Source: an uncultured Gammaproteobacteria bacterium (GTDB lineage Bacteria; Patescibacteriota; Microgenomatia; UBA10105; UBA927). Taken from it: 64,000 nt of DNA. The notes below the pieces were generated by a model, which worked only from the letters and a program-made list of their open reading frames with translations, had not been told where the DNA came from and made no database searches. A program made the translations under genes and the position numbers. The DNA lies in assembly GCA_964527425.1 (NCBI GenBank), contig CAZGOA010000004.1, forward strand, positions 35,691 through 99,690, written 5' to 3'. This document shows positions 1-10,289 of the stretch, in pieces. The number at the start of each line of letters is the position of its first letter. Positions within the stretch are counted from its first letter, which is position 1.

Positions 1-2749
1 ACTCATCACCTAAAGCTAGCGTTACTTCATCAACAACAGCCTGTTGTCTCTCGTTTAAATGGCCATGTTCATAGTTAATCGGTGAAACTCCGTTAAACGC
101 GAGTTTTTCATTAATAATTCTATACCTTCTACTTAGAGCTTCGACGAGTTGAGAAGCGTTTTGAACAGGTTCACCATTTACACCTTTTATTCCATTAAAC
201 ACACCATTCGCTCTCCATATATTAAATTGCTCAACTGCATCTTTTGATTTACCATCAATCATCACATCTAAAATTGTTTGCGGTCTGAATTCTGCAATTT
301 CATGCCACATATCATGAATTTTATGTTCCGCTTTGTGATGATCATCATGTGATTCCGCACCTAAAAAATCTGCACCTGCCATACGCAATCTCATACCCAT
401 TGCAATTCCTCTGGCGTGACCTTCCCCTTGTCCATACATTTGATCTGCCTGTTTAATATATTCTGCAATTCTCCATGTCGATGAAAAATAATCATTATGC
501 CCAGGAAATCCACCTAAAACACTTTCGCCTACTTTAGTTTTTATTGCATAAAATAAATCATCATTAGAGACATCTTCCCATCTTTTAGGGATATCTTTTT
601 CTGATCTTCGAGAACCAGTTTTCATATCTACACTATAAAAAGATTCCAAATTACCAGGGTTTTCATTAAAATATTCTTGCAAAAACTCAAGAGCTTCTGG
701 ACTTCCCTTACTGATTCCTTGCCTGCTCATGTATTCATGAATTTGATGATCGACATCTCTTCCAATGCCTGTAGAATTTGCAGCCATTAAAGAAGCTTGC
801 CTTAACATGGCTTTCTTACCTGGATTTAAACGCATGTAGCGCTCCATATGTCTAATAAGATCCATGCTTTCAATTAACATTTCGTTAGAATCACGTATGA
901 ATGATGATGGTTCCTGATCAATAGGTAACGGTTTTCTTGCTCGTAATAATGGCAATAAATCTCGTTGAGAAATTACGGCTACGTCTTCTGCTAACAACAT
1001 TAGAGATTCAACATCACTTTCTTTGATTTTTCTTTTATTATTTCTCTCCTCTATTTCATTTTCTGGTAAAATTTTGTTAAGTGGATCATTACCTTTGCCA
1101 AAGGTATTACGGTACATATCGTTATACAATTCGGCTTCTTGTAATAATTCATTCTTTAATTTCTCATTAACTTCTTTATATGTATAAGCGGTAATCCTTC
1201 TTAATTTCCCGTCTTTATCTCTTCTCGCCTCATTTAACATTTCAATATATTTTTGATACACAACATCTACCATACCGCCTTCTTGAGATAAAACGTGATG
1301 CATTCCTTTGGTACCCACACCGCTCAAGATTTTTTTTGCCGATTCTGGATCTCCTGTTTTTGAAATAATATATGAAGAATACATTACTCCCATGCGGTAA
1401 TTCAAAATATCTTTCACTTCTTCTAAATCTCTCATTCGTTGCTCCACAAATTGATCAACTAAACCATCACCATTTTGACTTAATAAATCATAATAACTTA
1501 CTCCATCAATTTTTTTTCTTCTTAAAAATGTCAAAGCGTTCTCTCTAGTATTTCGCAGTGTAATATAATCCTGAAATAAACTGATTTGTTGTTGAATTTG
1601 TTGAGCGCTTTCTTGATTGGCGTTTTCAAATTCTTTACGCACACTTCGCAATAAATTTTCAACTCCACCAAAAGGATCTTCATACAATTCTTCTATGCCG
1701 TCCTCAGTAAGTTCAAACCGGCTAAGTCGATTAAACTCTTCGTTTTGAGGTCTTCTATTATTTAAATCACGAATTGAACGTTGTATAGAATCTTCTTCTG
1801 GATCATTTGATTGAGATTCAACATATGTATTAGTTTTTTTAGGATTTATCAATGACTCTTTTCTATCGTTAACTCTTCCTTTAACCTTCATTATCATTAC
1901 TTTTTGCTCTTGAGTTAAATTGTTAAATTCTGAAGATTTTATAAGTTCATCAATTTCTCTATCATACAGGACTAGCCAATCTTCATCTTCAGATTGACCT
2001 GCATTTAACTTTTGCTCAAGCACTAAAATCTCATCTCTTATTTTTCCTACTGGTAATGATTCTAAATCAAGATCATATAAGATACCCACATCTTCTTTTA
2101 ATACCTCTGCTAATTCTTGTATTTCAGGAATGTCACCGTATACTTTTTTCATTTCTTTAAGATACTCCTTGGCTTCCTTGGCAGCTGGAGATCCAAAGCC
2201 TGTGGCAACCGCAATACTAACCAAGTCTACAGCAACCTCTTTAGCAATATCTGAATCAGTTTTTCCTTCTTCTGGTTCTGAATATAATTTATTTACTGCT
2301 GCTAAGGTGCGTGCATCACTGGGATCAGTTTTGATAACAGCTCGCGCGTTATCAAAATTTGGGTTATCAATTTTTTCTTGTTTGTTTTTTTCAAAAACAT
2401 CTAATGATTCACTATCCGGATCAATTTTTCCTAACCAATATGCCTCTGGAACTCTCGCACGAAGTTTTTGTTCCATGCTGGATTGTGCATCACGAAAAGT
2501 TTCGATAATTCCTTTAAAAGGTGGCAACACTTGTTTAACATCTTTTTCAGGTGGTGGAAACAATTTTTTAAAAACGTCTGGAATAGTACGTTTATCATCA
2601 GTTTTTAGCGGAGCTTTTACTGTTTTATCAGCTACTCTAGTAGTTATTTGTTTTGCAGCCTCAAGAAGAACCTCACCAATGGGCTTGGCTTTTTTTTCTT
2701 CTTCTTTTTTTGTGGCATCAAACCCTCCATACCGTTCTATTCTAGCCAT
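1..2749 (-). CDS. Large hypothetical protein (>916 aa, runs off the window; absent from the ORF track)
   Basis: ATG at 2749 (MARIERYGGFDATKKEEEKK...) opens a frame I read without a stop to the window edge (...VDEVTLALGDE). TAAAAT lies 6 nt upstream. Charged, helical-looking, no motif recognised. Confidence 0.85.
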   Translation of the reverse strand, partial: MARIERYGGFDATKKEEEKKAKPIGEVLLEAAKQITTRVADKTVKAPLKTDDKRTIPDVFKKLFPPPEKDVKQVLPPFKGIIETFRDAQSSMEQKLRARVPEAYWLGKIDPDSESLDVFEKNKQEKIDNPNFDNARAVIKTDPSDARTLAAVNKLYSEPEEGKTDSDIAKEVAVDLVSIAVATGFGSPAAKEAKEYLKEMKKVYGDIPEIQELAEVLKEDVGILYDLDLESLPVGKIRDEILVLEQKLNAGQSEDEDWLVLYDREIDELIKSSEFNNLTQEQKVMIMKVKGRVNDRKESLINPKKTNTYVESQSNDPEEDSIQRSIRDLNNRRPQNEEFNRLSRFELTEDGIEELYEDPFGGVENLLRSVRKEFENANQESAQQIQQQISLFQDYITLRNTRENALTFLRRKKIDGVSYYDLLSQNGDGLVDQFVEQRMRDLEEVKDILNYRMGVMYSSYIISKTGDPESAKKILSGVGTKGMHHVLSQEGGMVDVVYQKYIEMLNEARRDKDGKLRRITAYTYKEVNEKLKNELLQEAELYNDMYRNTFGKGNDPLNKILPENEIEERNNKRKIKESDVESLMLLAEDVAVISQRDLLPLLRARKPLPIDQEPSSFIRDSNEMLIESMDLIRHMERYMRLNPGKKAMLRQASLMAANSTGIGRDVDHQIHEYMSRQGISKGSPEALEFLQEYFNENPGNLESFYSVDMKTGSRRSEKDIPKRWEDVSNDDLFYAIKTKVGESVLGGFPGHNDYFSSTWRIAEYIKQADQMYGQGEGHARGIAMGMRLRMAGADFLGAESHDDHHKAEHKIHDMWHEIAEFRPQTILDVMIDGKSKDAVEQFNIWRANGVFNGIKGVNGEPVQNASQLVEALSRRYRIINEKLAFNGVSPINYEHGHLNERQQAVVDEVTLALGDE

Positions 2750-2818
2750 ACCTGTATTTTATCCCTTTATTACAATCTCCTCAAGCAGAAGACCTAATTT
2801 ATTGCTTTTTTAAGACAC

Positions 2819-3598
2819 TCATGGAACATACGGGAGATTGCGCTTAAATGCGTTCTTCTCTACCCTGGACAGAATCTTGTCAACTGATTGTTCATTTTTC
2901 AGAACATTTTTTACCTCTTCCTCGCTCTTTTGTTGATCAAAGTACAACTTTAAAGCACTATCTGCCTGCTCATAGGTAAAACCCAATTCCTGCTCATCTG
3001 ACTGGCCTTCCCAAAGATTTGCAGACGGCGGCTTAGTCAGAATATTAGTGGGCACTTGTAAATACTCCGCAATTGTATAAATCTGTGTTTTATACATTTC
3101 CCGTAGTGGTTCTATGTCACTTGCTTCATCACCATACCGTGTATAGTACCCAAGATAATGCTCGCTTTTATTTTCTGTTCCTATGACAAGCGCATTTCTT
3201 TTTTTAGCCATATCATATAAAAGAATCATTCGAACACGAGCCATGATGTTTCCTTTTCGTATAGCATCCATAGTGTTGTCAAGCTTAACAAATACATCCA
3301 CAATACTCTGAATATCCTGTTCTACTACGTGTTCAGCCGGTATACCACAGCTTGAAATGACCTCTCTGGCATGAAGGACAGACTGCTTACCTAATTCTCC
3401 ATACGGCATCAGAACCGGAAACACATGCTCAACACCTAAAGCATTTACAGATAGACATAAACTTGTGGCTGAATCAACACCTCCTGAAACACCAATAACA
3501 ACATCTTGAAAACCTTCTTTTGTTACAGTTGACTTGATAAATTGCGTAAGCTCATCAACAATAACACTCGGGTTAATGATAAATAGATCTTTGTTCAT
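2819..3598 (-). CDS. nadE: NH3-dependent NAD+ synthetase
   Basis: GVSGGVDS PP-loop, GNIMARVRM, GTENKSE, GYYTRYGD, KPPSANLW..QSDEQELG. Confidence 0.95.
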   Translation of the reverse strand: MNKDLFIINPSVIVDELTQFIKSTVTKEGFQDVVIGVSGGVDSATSLCLSVNALGVEHVFPVLMPYGELGKQSVLHAREVISSCGIPAEHVVEQDIQSIVDVFVKLDNTMDAIRKGNIMARVRMILLYDMAKKRNALVIGTENKSEHYLGYYTRYGDEASDIEPLREMYKTQIYTIAEYLQVPTNILTKPPSANLWEGQSDEQELGFTYEQADSALKLYFDQQKSEEEVKNVLKNEQSVDKILSRVEKNAFKRNLPYVP

Positions 3599-4164
3599 GA
3601 ATGATATAAGTCATGTTCTGTTATATAGTCATTAACCGTAGGGGCAACAAAACCATATAAAGACAGACGACGCATGACCCTATCTCTTACTTTAGTAGAA
3701 GAAATATTGCTGACGATTAAACTACTGTCATTTACCATAGTCATATTCTCATATAACGGCTCGTTAGGATAACCATATCGAGGAAAAACAAAAAAAGGAA
3801 GTCGCTTAAGTAATTCTTTCCAGTTTCCCCATAAATGAAAGGTGGGTAACTGATCAGATCCAATGACAAAATGATACGTATGTTCTTGAGGCAAAAAAGG
3901 CAGCAAATTAATTGTGTTTCCATCTAATTGATTATCAATTTCTAGAGAGGAAACAGAAAATCTTGGTTCCTGGGACTCTTTAACCATACGTTCTACCATG
4001 GATAAACGATGTCTGGGATCTACAGCTTCTTTTCGAAATGTATGTTTATATGAAGGAAGAAACCATATTGCTTCACAGTCTGTAAAATCTAAAACTTGTT
4101 GTGCAATTAATAAATGTCCTAAATGTGGTGGATTAAACATCCCACCAAGTAAACCTACCTTCAT
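3595..4164 (-). CDS. nadD: Nicotinate/nicotinamide mononucleotide adenylyltransferase
   Basis: GGMFNPPHLGH (HxGH), IGSDQL, ISSTKVR; overlaps nadE by 4 nt. Confidence 0.93.
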   Translation of the reverse strand: MKVGLLGGMFNPPHLGHLLIAQQVLDFTDCEAIWFLPSYKHTFRKEAVDPRHRLSMVERMVKESQEPRFSVSSLEIDNQLDGNTINLLPFLPQEHTYHFVIGSDQLPTFHLWGNWKELLKRLPFFVFPRYGYPNEPLYENMTMVNDSSLIVSNISSTKVRDRVMRRLSLYGFVAPTVNDYITEHDLYHS

Positions 4165-6335
4165 ATAATTTTTTTGGTATACCTCTCTCTTGAAGATCTT
4201 ACTACTTTTTGTCTGTTTTGATTTCTGCTCTTTGGCAGTGGGAGTGTTATAGCAGAAAAGGGATTCGATGTTTGATTATCAATAGATAATTTTAATACTG
4301 TTTGGTAATTACCTAGCCCCACAAGTTCCTCTTCTTTATATTTTTGTCCAAACTCTCTTGACAGAATTTGTGCATCTTGTGCTCCTACGCTAAATGAAGC
4401 AATTGATCCGCAGTTACCAAAAATAGCTTTTTGAACGTCCTCATCTATTTGTCCAATATATTGATTTGCCAACATAAGATTTAGTCGATATTTTCTCGCT
4501 TCTGATAAAATTTTAATAAAAGATGATGTAGCAAAATTCTGAAACTCATCCACATATAAATAAAAATCTCGACGATCTTTTTCTTCTATATATACTCGAT
4601 TCATAGCCGCCAGCTGCATTTTGGTAATCATCATTGCACCTAATAAAGCACTATTGTCTTCACCCAGTTTCCCTTGTGATAAGTTCACTAACACAATTTT
4701 ACCTTGATTCATCATATCTTCTAGATTTATTGTCGAAACCGGACTGCCGACAATTTGACGAATTGTTTGAGAAGATAAAAACTGTCCAACTTTATTAAGA
4801 ATTGGTGATATTACTTCACTTTTCATTTGTGGACTAAACTGCCCGAATTCATTTATCCAAAAATTTTTAAGCACTTGATCCTCTAACCTTTCTACAATTT
4901 TACTTCGATACTTCTCGTTGGCTAATAATTCTGGAACCTGTAACAGGGTTGCGTTAGGAACAGAAAGTAGCGTCAGAATCGTATTTCGCAAGATATATTC
5001 CAGTCTCGGTCCCCAACTATGGGCATAGAGTTTATAAAAAATAGACACTATTCCTGATGAGACAAGCTCTTTATATACAGGATTTTTAACTTCTAACGGG
5101 TTAAGGTGAAAAGGGTGTTCAATGTCTGCTGGATCTAAATATGCCACATCATTAATTCGATATGAAGGAATAAAATCCAACAACACATCACATAAATCTC
5201 CATGAGGATCAATAATCGCTACACCTTCTCCATTTCTCATATCATTAATAACCATGTTTGCAATCATGGTCGATTTTCCTGTTCCGGTTTTTCCAACAAC
5301 ATACAGATGTTTTCTTCTGTCATCTTTTTTTATACCAAATGTAGCAGTGGTATTTTTATACTCAGTTCTAGCAAAAAAGTTTATCTTTTTCTTCTCTTCT
5401 TCATTGTCTACAGACACAGGAAGGTTGTCTGGTGCCTCCCCTATTAAACGCGATCCCCAGGAAATATTTTTTACTAAAGATAGAGACAACCCAGGGGGAT
5501 GCCAGAGAGAAGCTGTCTCAGAAACACTCAATATTTGATTTCGAGGAATAAAACCATCAGTCCGTTCCATCATTACTTTTACAAACTTATTTTTAAATAT
5601 ATTCCAAGGTTCAGATAATACCAATCCATTCCCCTCGCCCTGTGTAAAGACACCAAATGATCCAGCAAGTTCGTTGAGCACATGTTTAGCATGTTGCTGG
5701 TCTGGTCCTACCACCAACACCCGCAAAGCAGCTTTAAATCCTGTTTGTGTTGTTTTGGTTTCAATGAGTGATGCATACGGATGTGCTTTTGCCTTACCAG
5801 GATTATTGGGATCTGGAACACCTTTTGAGACAATTCGTGCCGCAGATTGTTGCCAACCATGTCCAGCTGGCCTCATCCATAATTGAATTGCTACTGCTTC
5901 TTTACTGGATAATTTAGCCATTTGACCGAACACACTGGCTAACATATCAATATCTTTTATTTCTCTATATGTTTTGAGTGGATAATAATACGAGTTTGAT
6001 AATACTAACTGCCCTACTACATGCGGATGTGCTACGAAATGACTCATATAATCTTCTACTTCTAAAAAGATTAGTTTGGGATAGTGAGCAGTCATTTGAC
6101 TCTGGACATATGTCACCAGTGTTTGGGGAATGTTAATAAACAAATGAATTCGTGTGTTTACTGAAATTATTTCAAAAGAAAACATGGGTGCAGTATGAGA
6201 ACGAAATAATCTGCCCAATACTCCCCCGTGATGAGAAGAAGAGCCTAAAGCCGCAAAAATCTGTTCCATTGCCAATGGGGACTCTTCACTATCTTTACTG
6301 TTTCTTATTTCCAGCAAAATACGCTTATTTTCCAT
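4161..6335 (-). CDS. VirD4/TraG-like type IV coupling-protein-family ATPase (copy 1)
   Basis: DDRRKHLYVVGKTGTGKS Walker A, IIDPHGD, LYVDEFQNF Walker B, SEARKYRLNL. Start moved to MENKRILL at 6335 (TGATACCAT 7 nt upstream). Confidence 0.88.
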   Translation of the reverse strand: MENKRILLEIRNSKDSEESPLAMEQIFAALGSSSHHGGVLGRLFRSHTAPMFSFEIISVNTRIHLFINIPQTLVTYVQSQMTAHYPKLIFLEVEDYMSHFVAHPHVVGQLVLSNSYYYPLKTYREIKDIDMLASVFGQMAKLSSKEAVAIQLWMRPAGHGWQQSAARIVSKGVPDPNNPGKAKAHPYASLIETKTTQTGFKAALRVLVVGPDQQHAKHVLNELAGSFGVFTQGEGNGLVLSEPWNIFKNKFVKVMMERTDGFIPRNQILSVSETASLWHPPGLSLSLVKNISWGSRLIGEAPDNLPVSVDNEEEKKKINFFARTEYKNTTATFGIKKDDRRKHLYVVGKTGTGKSTMIANMVINDMRNGEGVAIIDPHGDLCDVLLDFIPSYRINDVAYLDPADIEHPFHLNPLEVKNPVYKELVSSGIVSIFYKLYAHSWGPRLEYILRNTILTLLSVPNATLLQVPELLANEKYRSKIVERLEDQVLKNFWINEFGQFSPQMKSEVISPILNKVGQFLSSQTIRQIVGSPVSTINLEDMMNQGKIVLVNLSQGKLGEDNSALLGAMMITKMQLAAMNRVYIEEKDRRDFYLYVDEFQNFATSSFIKILSEARKYRLNLMLANQYIGQIDEDVQKAIFGNCGSIASFSVGAQDAQILSREFGQKYKEEELVGLGNYQTVLKLSIDNQTSNPFSAITLPLPKSRNQNRQKVVRSSRERYTKKII

Positions 6336-6472
6336 CTGTTTAATGGTATCACACAGCAATCAAGAATGAGAATTTGTGGTTAATCTACGTGAAATGAAAA
6401 AATATTAGTTTTCACGATCAGTACGCGACATTCTGCTTGCTTGAACACAAAAAAGCACTTACAATGATACAT

Positions 6473-7669
6473 ATGCTAGAACAGCACCCTGTTCCTCAAA
6501 ATGTCACGACGTTTCAGTTTAGATTAATTGGTGACATGACGCTAAAACAATTCGGCTATCTTGCCGGGGGGGCGATATTGGCATACATTTCTTATAATTT
6601 ACCTCTGCCATTCTTTTTTACGTATCCGTTAACTGCAATTTTTGCTTTTGGTGCAATTGGATTTGCCTTTATTCCTGTAGAAGAACGCCCTATGGATGTA
6701 TGGTTTGTTTCTTTTGTAAAAAGCATCTATAGTCCTACTCAATATGTATGGCAACGTGAAGAGATGAGTTCTCCTAAACAATCTTCGCCAGTTATTGGTA
6801 TGGGTCCATTAACTCAAATTATTGACCGCATTCTGCCTATCCCAAAACCACGTCAGGTGCCATCCACTTCACAACCTACAACAACGACACAGACTCAGTC
6901 ACCACTTGCTCCGCTATCACAAGGTTTGTCTTTTTTAAAATCAAAATCTCTAAACCTGAACACTTCACAAAAGCCAGCGTTTCAATCACTAACTCCCGTT
7001 ATGGCTAGTACACCTATCCCTCAAAAAACTGCAGGACAAACAAATCCACCACCAACTCCTGAACCTGCACAACAACCCGATGATTCCAAGCCGACTCTTA
7101 CGAGTCTAGAGCAACGCCTAAAACAAATGGAGGAACAGCTGGAGAAAGAACGTCAAGAGAAACAACGCTTAGCCACAATCCACGAACAACTTTTACAAAC
7201 TCAACAAGAAAAAAAATTATTAGAAGAAGAGCTGCAAAAAATTAAACAAAACATACAACCTTCTGTGCCAGATAAAAAGGATGATATTGTAAAGCAGGCA
7301 GGAATACCGGTTCCACCACAACAACCAGTAGTTTCTAGTTTATCGAGTCAACCAAATGTGATAACCGGCATTGTCCGTGAACAAAATGGTAATCTGCTGG
7401 TAGGCATTTTGGTCACAGTAAAAGACAAAGATGATATTCCAGTTAGAGCTCTTAAAACCAATAAATTGGGCCAGTTTGCTTCTTCTACTCCCTTAAACAA
7501 TGGAACATATACGATAGAAGCAGAAGATCCCAAAAAACAATTTTCGTTTGATTTGGTTGATGTAACACTCTCTGGTCAAGCCTTAACACCACTTCAGCTT
7601 ATTGCAAAATCAAAACAGCAACTCGAAAGACAACAACTTGAACGTGCTCTGTTTGGAAACAAACAATAA
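6473..7669 (+). CDS. PrgI-family (VirB3-like) membrane protein with Pro/Gln linker, coiled coil and C-terminal carboxypeptidase-regulatory-like domain
   Basis: MLEQHPVPQNVTTFQFRLIGDMTLKQF, two TM helices, ERPMDVW; C-terminal ITGIVRE..G..LVGILVTV..TNKLGQF..L.NGTYTI. Start set at 6473. Confidence 0.8.
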   Translation: MLEQHPVPQNVTTFQFRLIGDMTLKQFGYLAGGAILAYISYNLPLPFFFTYPLTAIFAFGAIGFAFIPVEERPMDVWFVSFVKSIYSPTQYVWQREEMSSPKQSSPVIGMGPLTQIIDRILPIPKPRQVPSTSQPTTTTQTQSPLAPLSQGLSFLKSKSLNLNTSQKPAFQSLTPVMASTPIPQKTAGQTNPPPTPEPAQQPDDSKPTLTSLEQRLKQMEEQLEKERQEKQRLATIHEQLLQTQQEKKLLEEELQKIKQNIQPSVPDKKDDIVKQAGIPVPPQQPVVSSLSSQPNVITGIVREQNGNLLVGILVTVKDKDDIPVRALKTNKLGQFASSTPLNNGTYTIEAEDPKKQFSFDLVDVTLSGQALTPLQLIAKSKQQLERQQLERALFGNKQ

Positions 7670-7685
7670 TTTTTAATAAACATAT

Positions 7686-8348
7686 ATGTCTCAACCTGTC
7701 ATTCCGATTCGTTCTTCATCACAACAATTTACCGAAATTGAAGATATTGACAGAGACTTAGTTATGTTTCGCGATGGTTCTTGCGCAATGATATTATCTA
7801 CAACTGCTGTAAACTTTGGCCTGCTTTCTGAAAAAGAACAGGAATCATTGATATATGCTTATGCGGGGTTGTTAAATTCTCTGACGTTTCCCATGCAATT
7901 GCTCATTAGAACACAACAAAAAGATATTACTTCTTATCTTGAGGCACTCAAAGAACAAGAGCAAAAACAAAAAAACCCAAAGCTTGCGTACAGTATTCAT
8001 GGATATAGAGAATTTATTTCTCAAACAGTAAAAGAAAAAAATGTCTTAGATAAAAAATTTTATTTGGTTATTCCCTTTTCCAGCCTTGAAATTGGGAATT
8101 CGGCAAATGTTCTTTTTGGCAGCAAACAAAAAGGCCTTCCTTACCCAAAGGCACATATATTTGACAGAGCACAGATGGTGTTAGCACCGAAGAAAGACCA
8201 GATGATTCGCTTGGTGAGCAGACTGGGTTTAAAAGTAGATCAACTCAATACGGCTCAGTTAAAACGGTTTTTCTTTACTGTATACAATCCTGGAATACCC
8301 ATACCTGAAAGCATGACCGAAGAAAATTCTATAAAGGATACTCCATGA
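7686..8348 (+). CDS. T4SS-associated protein resembling the N-terminal region of VirB4/TraC
   Basis: SSQQFTEIEDI, VNFGLLSEKEQES..YAGLLNSL.FPMQ, KKFYLVIPF; lies between prgI and virB4 with a 4-nt overlap. Confidence 0.7.
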   Translation: MSQPVIPIRSSSQQFTEIEDIDRDLVMFRDGSCAMILSTTAVNFGLLSEKEQESLIYAYAGLLNSLTFPMQLLIRTQQKDITSYLEALKEQEQKQKNPKLAYSIHGYREFISQTVKEKNVLDKKFYLVIPFSSLEIGNSANVLFGSKQKGLPYPKAHIFDRAQMVLAPKKDQMIRLVSRLGLKVDQLNTAQLKRFFFTVYNPGIPIPESMTEENSIKDTP

Positions 8349-10285
8349 AAGTAACAGATATAGTTAAAAAGTTTCTGAATCCAATGCCTGAAAACACACC
8401 CGTTAAACACACGACGTCTGGCCCGCTTCTTGTTCGTGATATTATTGCCCCACCGGCGATAGAAGTTGATTTTGACTATATTAAAATTGGAGAATATTAT
8501 TTTCGAACGCTTTTTGTTGCTGGATATCCACGTTTTGTTTCTGCAAATTGGCTAGAGCCGATTATCAGCTTTGATCACACGCTTGATATTTCAATGTTTA
8601 TATATCCCAGCAGATCTGAAGAAATTTTAAGCAATCTAAAACGAAAAGTCGGAGAGATGGAGGCGACCATTCAATCAGATCTTAAACGAGGAAGGGTTAT
8701 TGAACCATCCGTTCAAATAGCACTCGAAGATGCACTCACACTGCAACAGGAGTTGGCCAAGGGAGCAGAACGCTTTTTTCAATTTGGTTTGTATATAACC
8801 ATTCCCGCTAAATCAAAAGAGGATCTTGATAAAACAACAAAACAGGTAGAATCAACGCTTGGATCTTTATTAATTATTGCCAAACGCGCCATTTTACAGA
8901 TGGAAGAAGCGTTTAAGACAACACTTCCTATGGGTCAGGACAGACTGGTTGTTACAAGAAACATGGACACAACCTCACTTGCCACCACATTTCCTTTTAC
9001 AACCTCTGAGCTGACAGCAAACGAGGGGATTTTATATGGCATCAATGAACATAATGACAGTTTGGTAATTTTTGACCGTTTTAGCTTAGAAAACGCAAAC
9101 ACCCTGGTGTTTGGAAAGTCTGGATCAGGAAAAAGCTACACAGTAAAACTAGAAATTATTCGAAGCCTCATGTTTGATACTGAAGTGATTGTTATTGATC
9201 CTGAAAACGAATATGAGTCTTTGACGCATACGCTTGGCGGAGAATATATACGATTTAGTTTTGATAGTCCCACTAAAATTAATCCATTTGATTTAGCCTT
9301 ATTAAAAAATAGCGAAGAAAGTGAACTGAATCAAAAAATATTATCTTTACACGGCTTTTTTAAAGTAGTTATGGGAGAACTTAACCCATCAGAAGACGCT
9401 CTTTTAGATCAAGCTCTTATTCTTACATATAAACTACGCGGTATTACTCCAGATCCCTCAACACAATCACAAGAACCGCCTCTTATGGAAGATCTCTATA
9501 AAGTATTAATTGGCATGGAAAACACCATGGCAAAGAGCTTGGCAGACAGAATTGAAAAGTTTGTAAAGGGCAGCTTGGTGGGAATATTTGATAAACAAAC
9601 TAACATTGAAATACGAAACCACCTGACCGTTTTTTCGATAAGGGATCTTGAGGATTCTCTGCGTCCAATTGCTATGTATCTTATTTTGGATTACATTTGG
9701 ACTCGGGTTAAGCGTGAGAAAAAACGACGAATTCTTATCGTAGATGAGGCTTGGTATATGATGAGGTTTCCTGATTCTGCAGAATTTCTCAACTCAATAG
9801 CAAAAAGAGCTCGAAAGTACTATTTAGGAGTAACAACAATTACTCAGGATGTAGAAGATTTTCTTTCTGTTGATTTGGGTAAAACGATTATTTCTAATAG
9901 TAGTTTGCAGTTTCTCATGAAGCAATCACCTTCCGCTGTAGATAAGGTCGCAGAAGTGTTTAATTTATCTGAGGGAGAAAAACATTTGTTAATGGCTGCC
10001 GACGTTGGCGAGGGGTTGTTGTTTGCGGGCCCTGCACATGCTGCAATACGTGTTATCGCCTCTCCTGAGGAACATGCGCTTGCAACCACAAAGCCTCAAG
10101 AATTAGAGCAGAGAGCCAAAGAAGAAGAAAGAAAAGAACAAAACAGTAAACCCCCTGTGTCTCCTACCCCACCTTCTGCCCCACCATCTCCTTCAAATAC
10201 AACAACTGTTGTAGATGTGTCTCCATCTCAACAGCAAAACAGACCAGTTTTTACTACAGAAACAGTAAATATAAATTCCACATAA
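8345..10285 (+). CDS. VirB4-like (TraE/ConE-type) secretion ATPase
   Basis: FGKSGSGKSY Walker A, VIDPENEY, INPFD, LIVDEAW Walker B, KRARKY..TITQDV. Confidence 0.9.
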   Translation: MKVTDIVKKFLNPMPENTPVKHTTSGPLLVRDIIAPPAIEVDFDYIKIGEYYFRTLFVAGYPRFVSANWLEPIISFDHTLDISMFIYPSRSEEILSNLKRKVGEMEATIQSDLKRGRVIEPSVQIALEDALTLQQELAKGAERFFQFGLYITIPAKSKEDLDKTTKQVESTLGSLLIIAKRAILQMEEAFKTTLPMGQDRLVVTRNMDTTSLATTFPFTTSELTANEGILYGINEHNDSLVIFDRFSLENANTLVFGKSGSGKSYTVKLEIIRSLMFDTEVIVIDPENEYESLTHTLGGEYIRFSFDSPTKINPFDLALLKNSEESELNQKILSLHGFFKVVMGELNPSEDALLDQALILTYKLRGITPDPSTQSQEPPLMEDLYKVLIGMENTMAKSLADRIEKFVKGSLVGIFDKQTNIEIRNHLTVFSIRDLEDSLRPIAMYLILDYIWTRVKREKKRRILIVDEAWYMMRFPDSAEFLNSIAKRARKYYLGVTTITQDVEDFLSVDLGKTIISNSSLQFLMKQSPSAVDKVAEVFNLSEGEKHLLMAADVGEGLLFAGPAHAAIRVIASPEEHALATTKPQELEQRAKEEERKEQNSKPPVSPTPPSAPPSPSNTTTVVDVSPSQQQNRPVFTTETVNINST

Positions 10286-10289
10286 CCCA

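Noticed and set aside
2130-2813. 227-aa plus-strand ORF in the track
   Set aside because: Antisense shadow of the long minus-strand gene starting at 2749; its Ser/Phe/Leu-rich composition is typical of a reverse frame.
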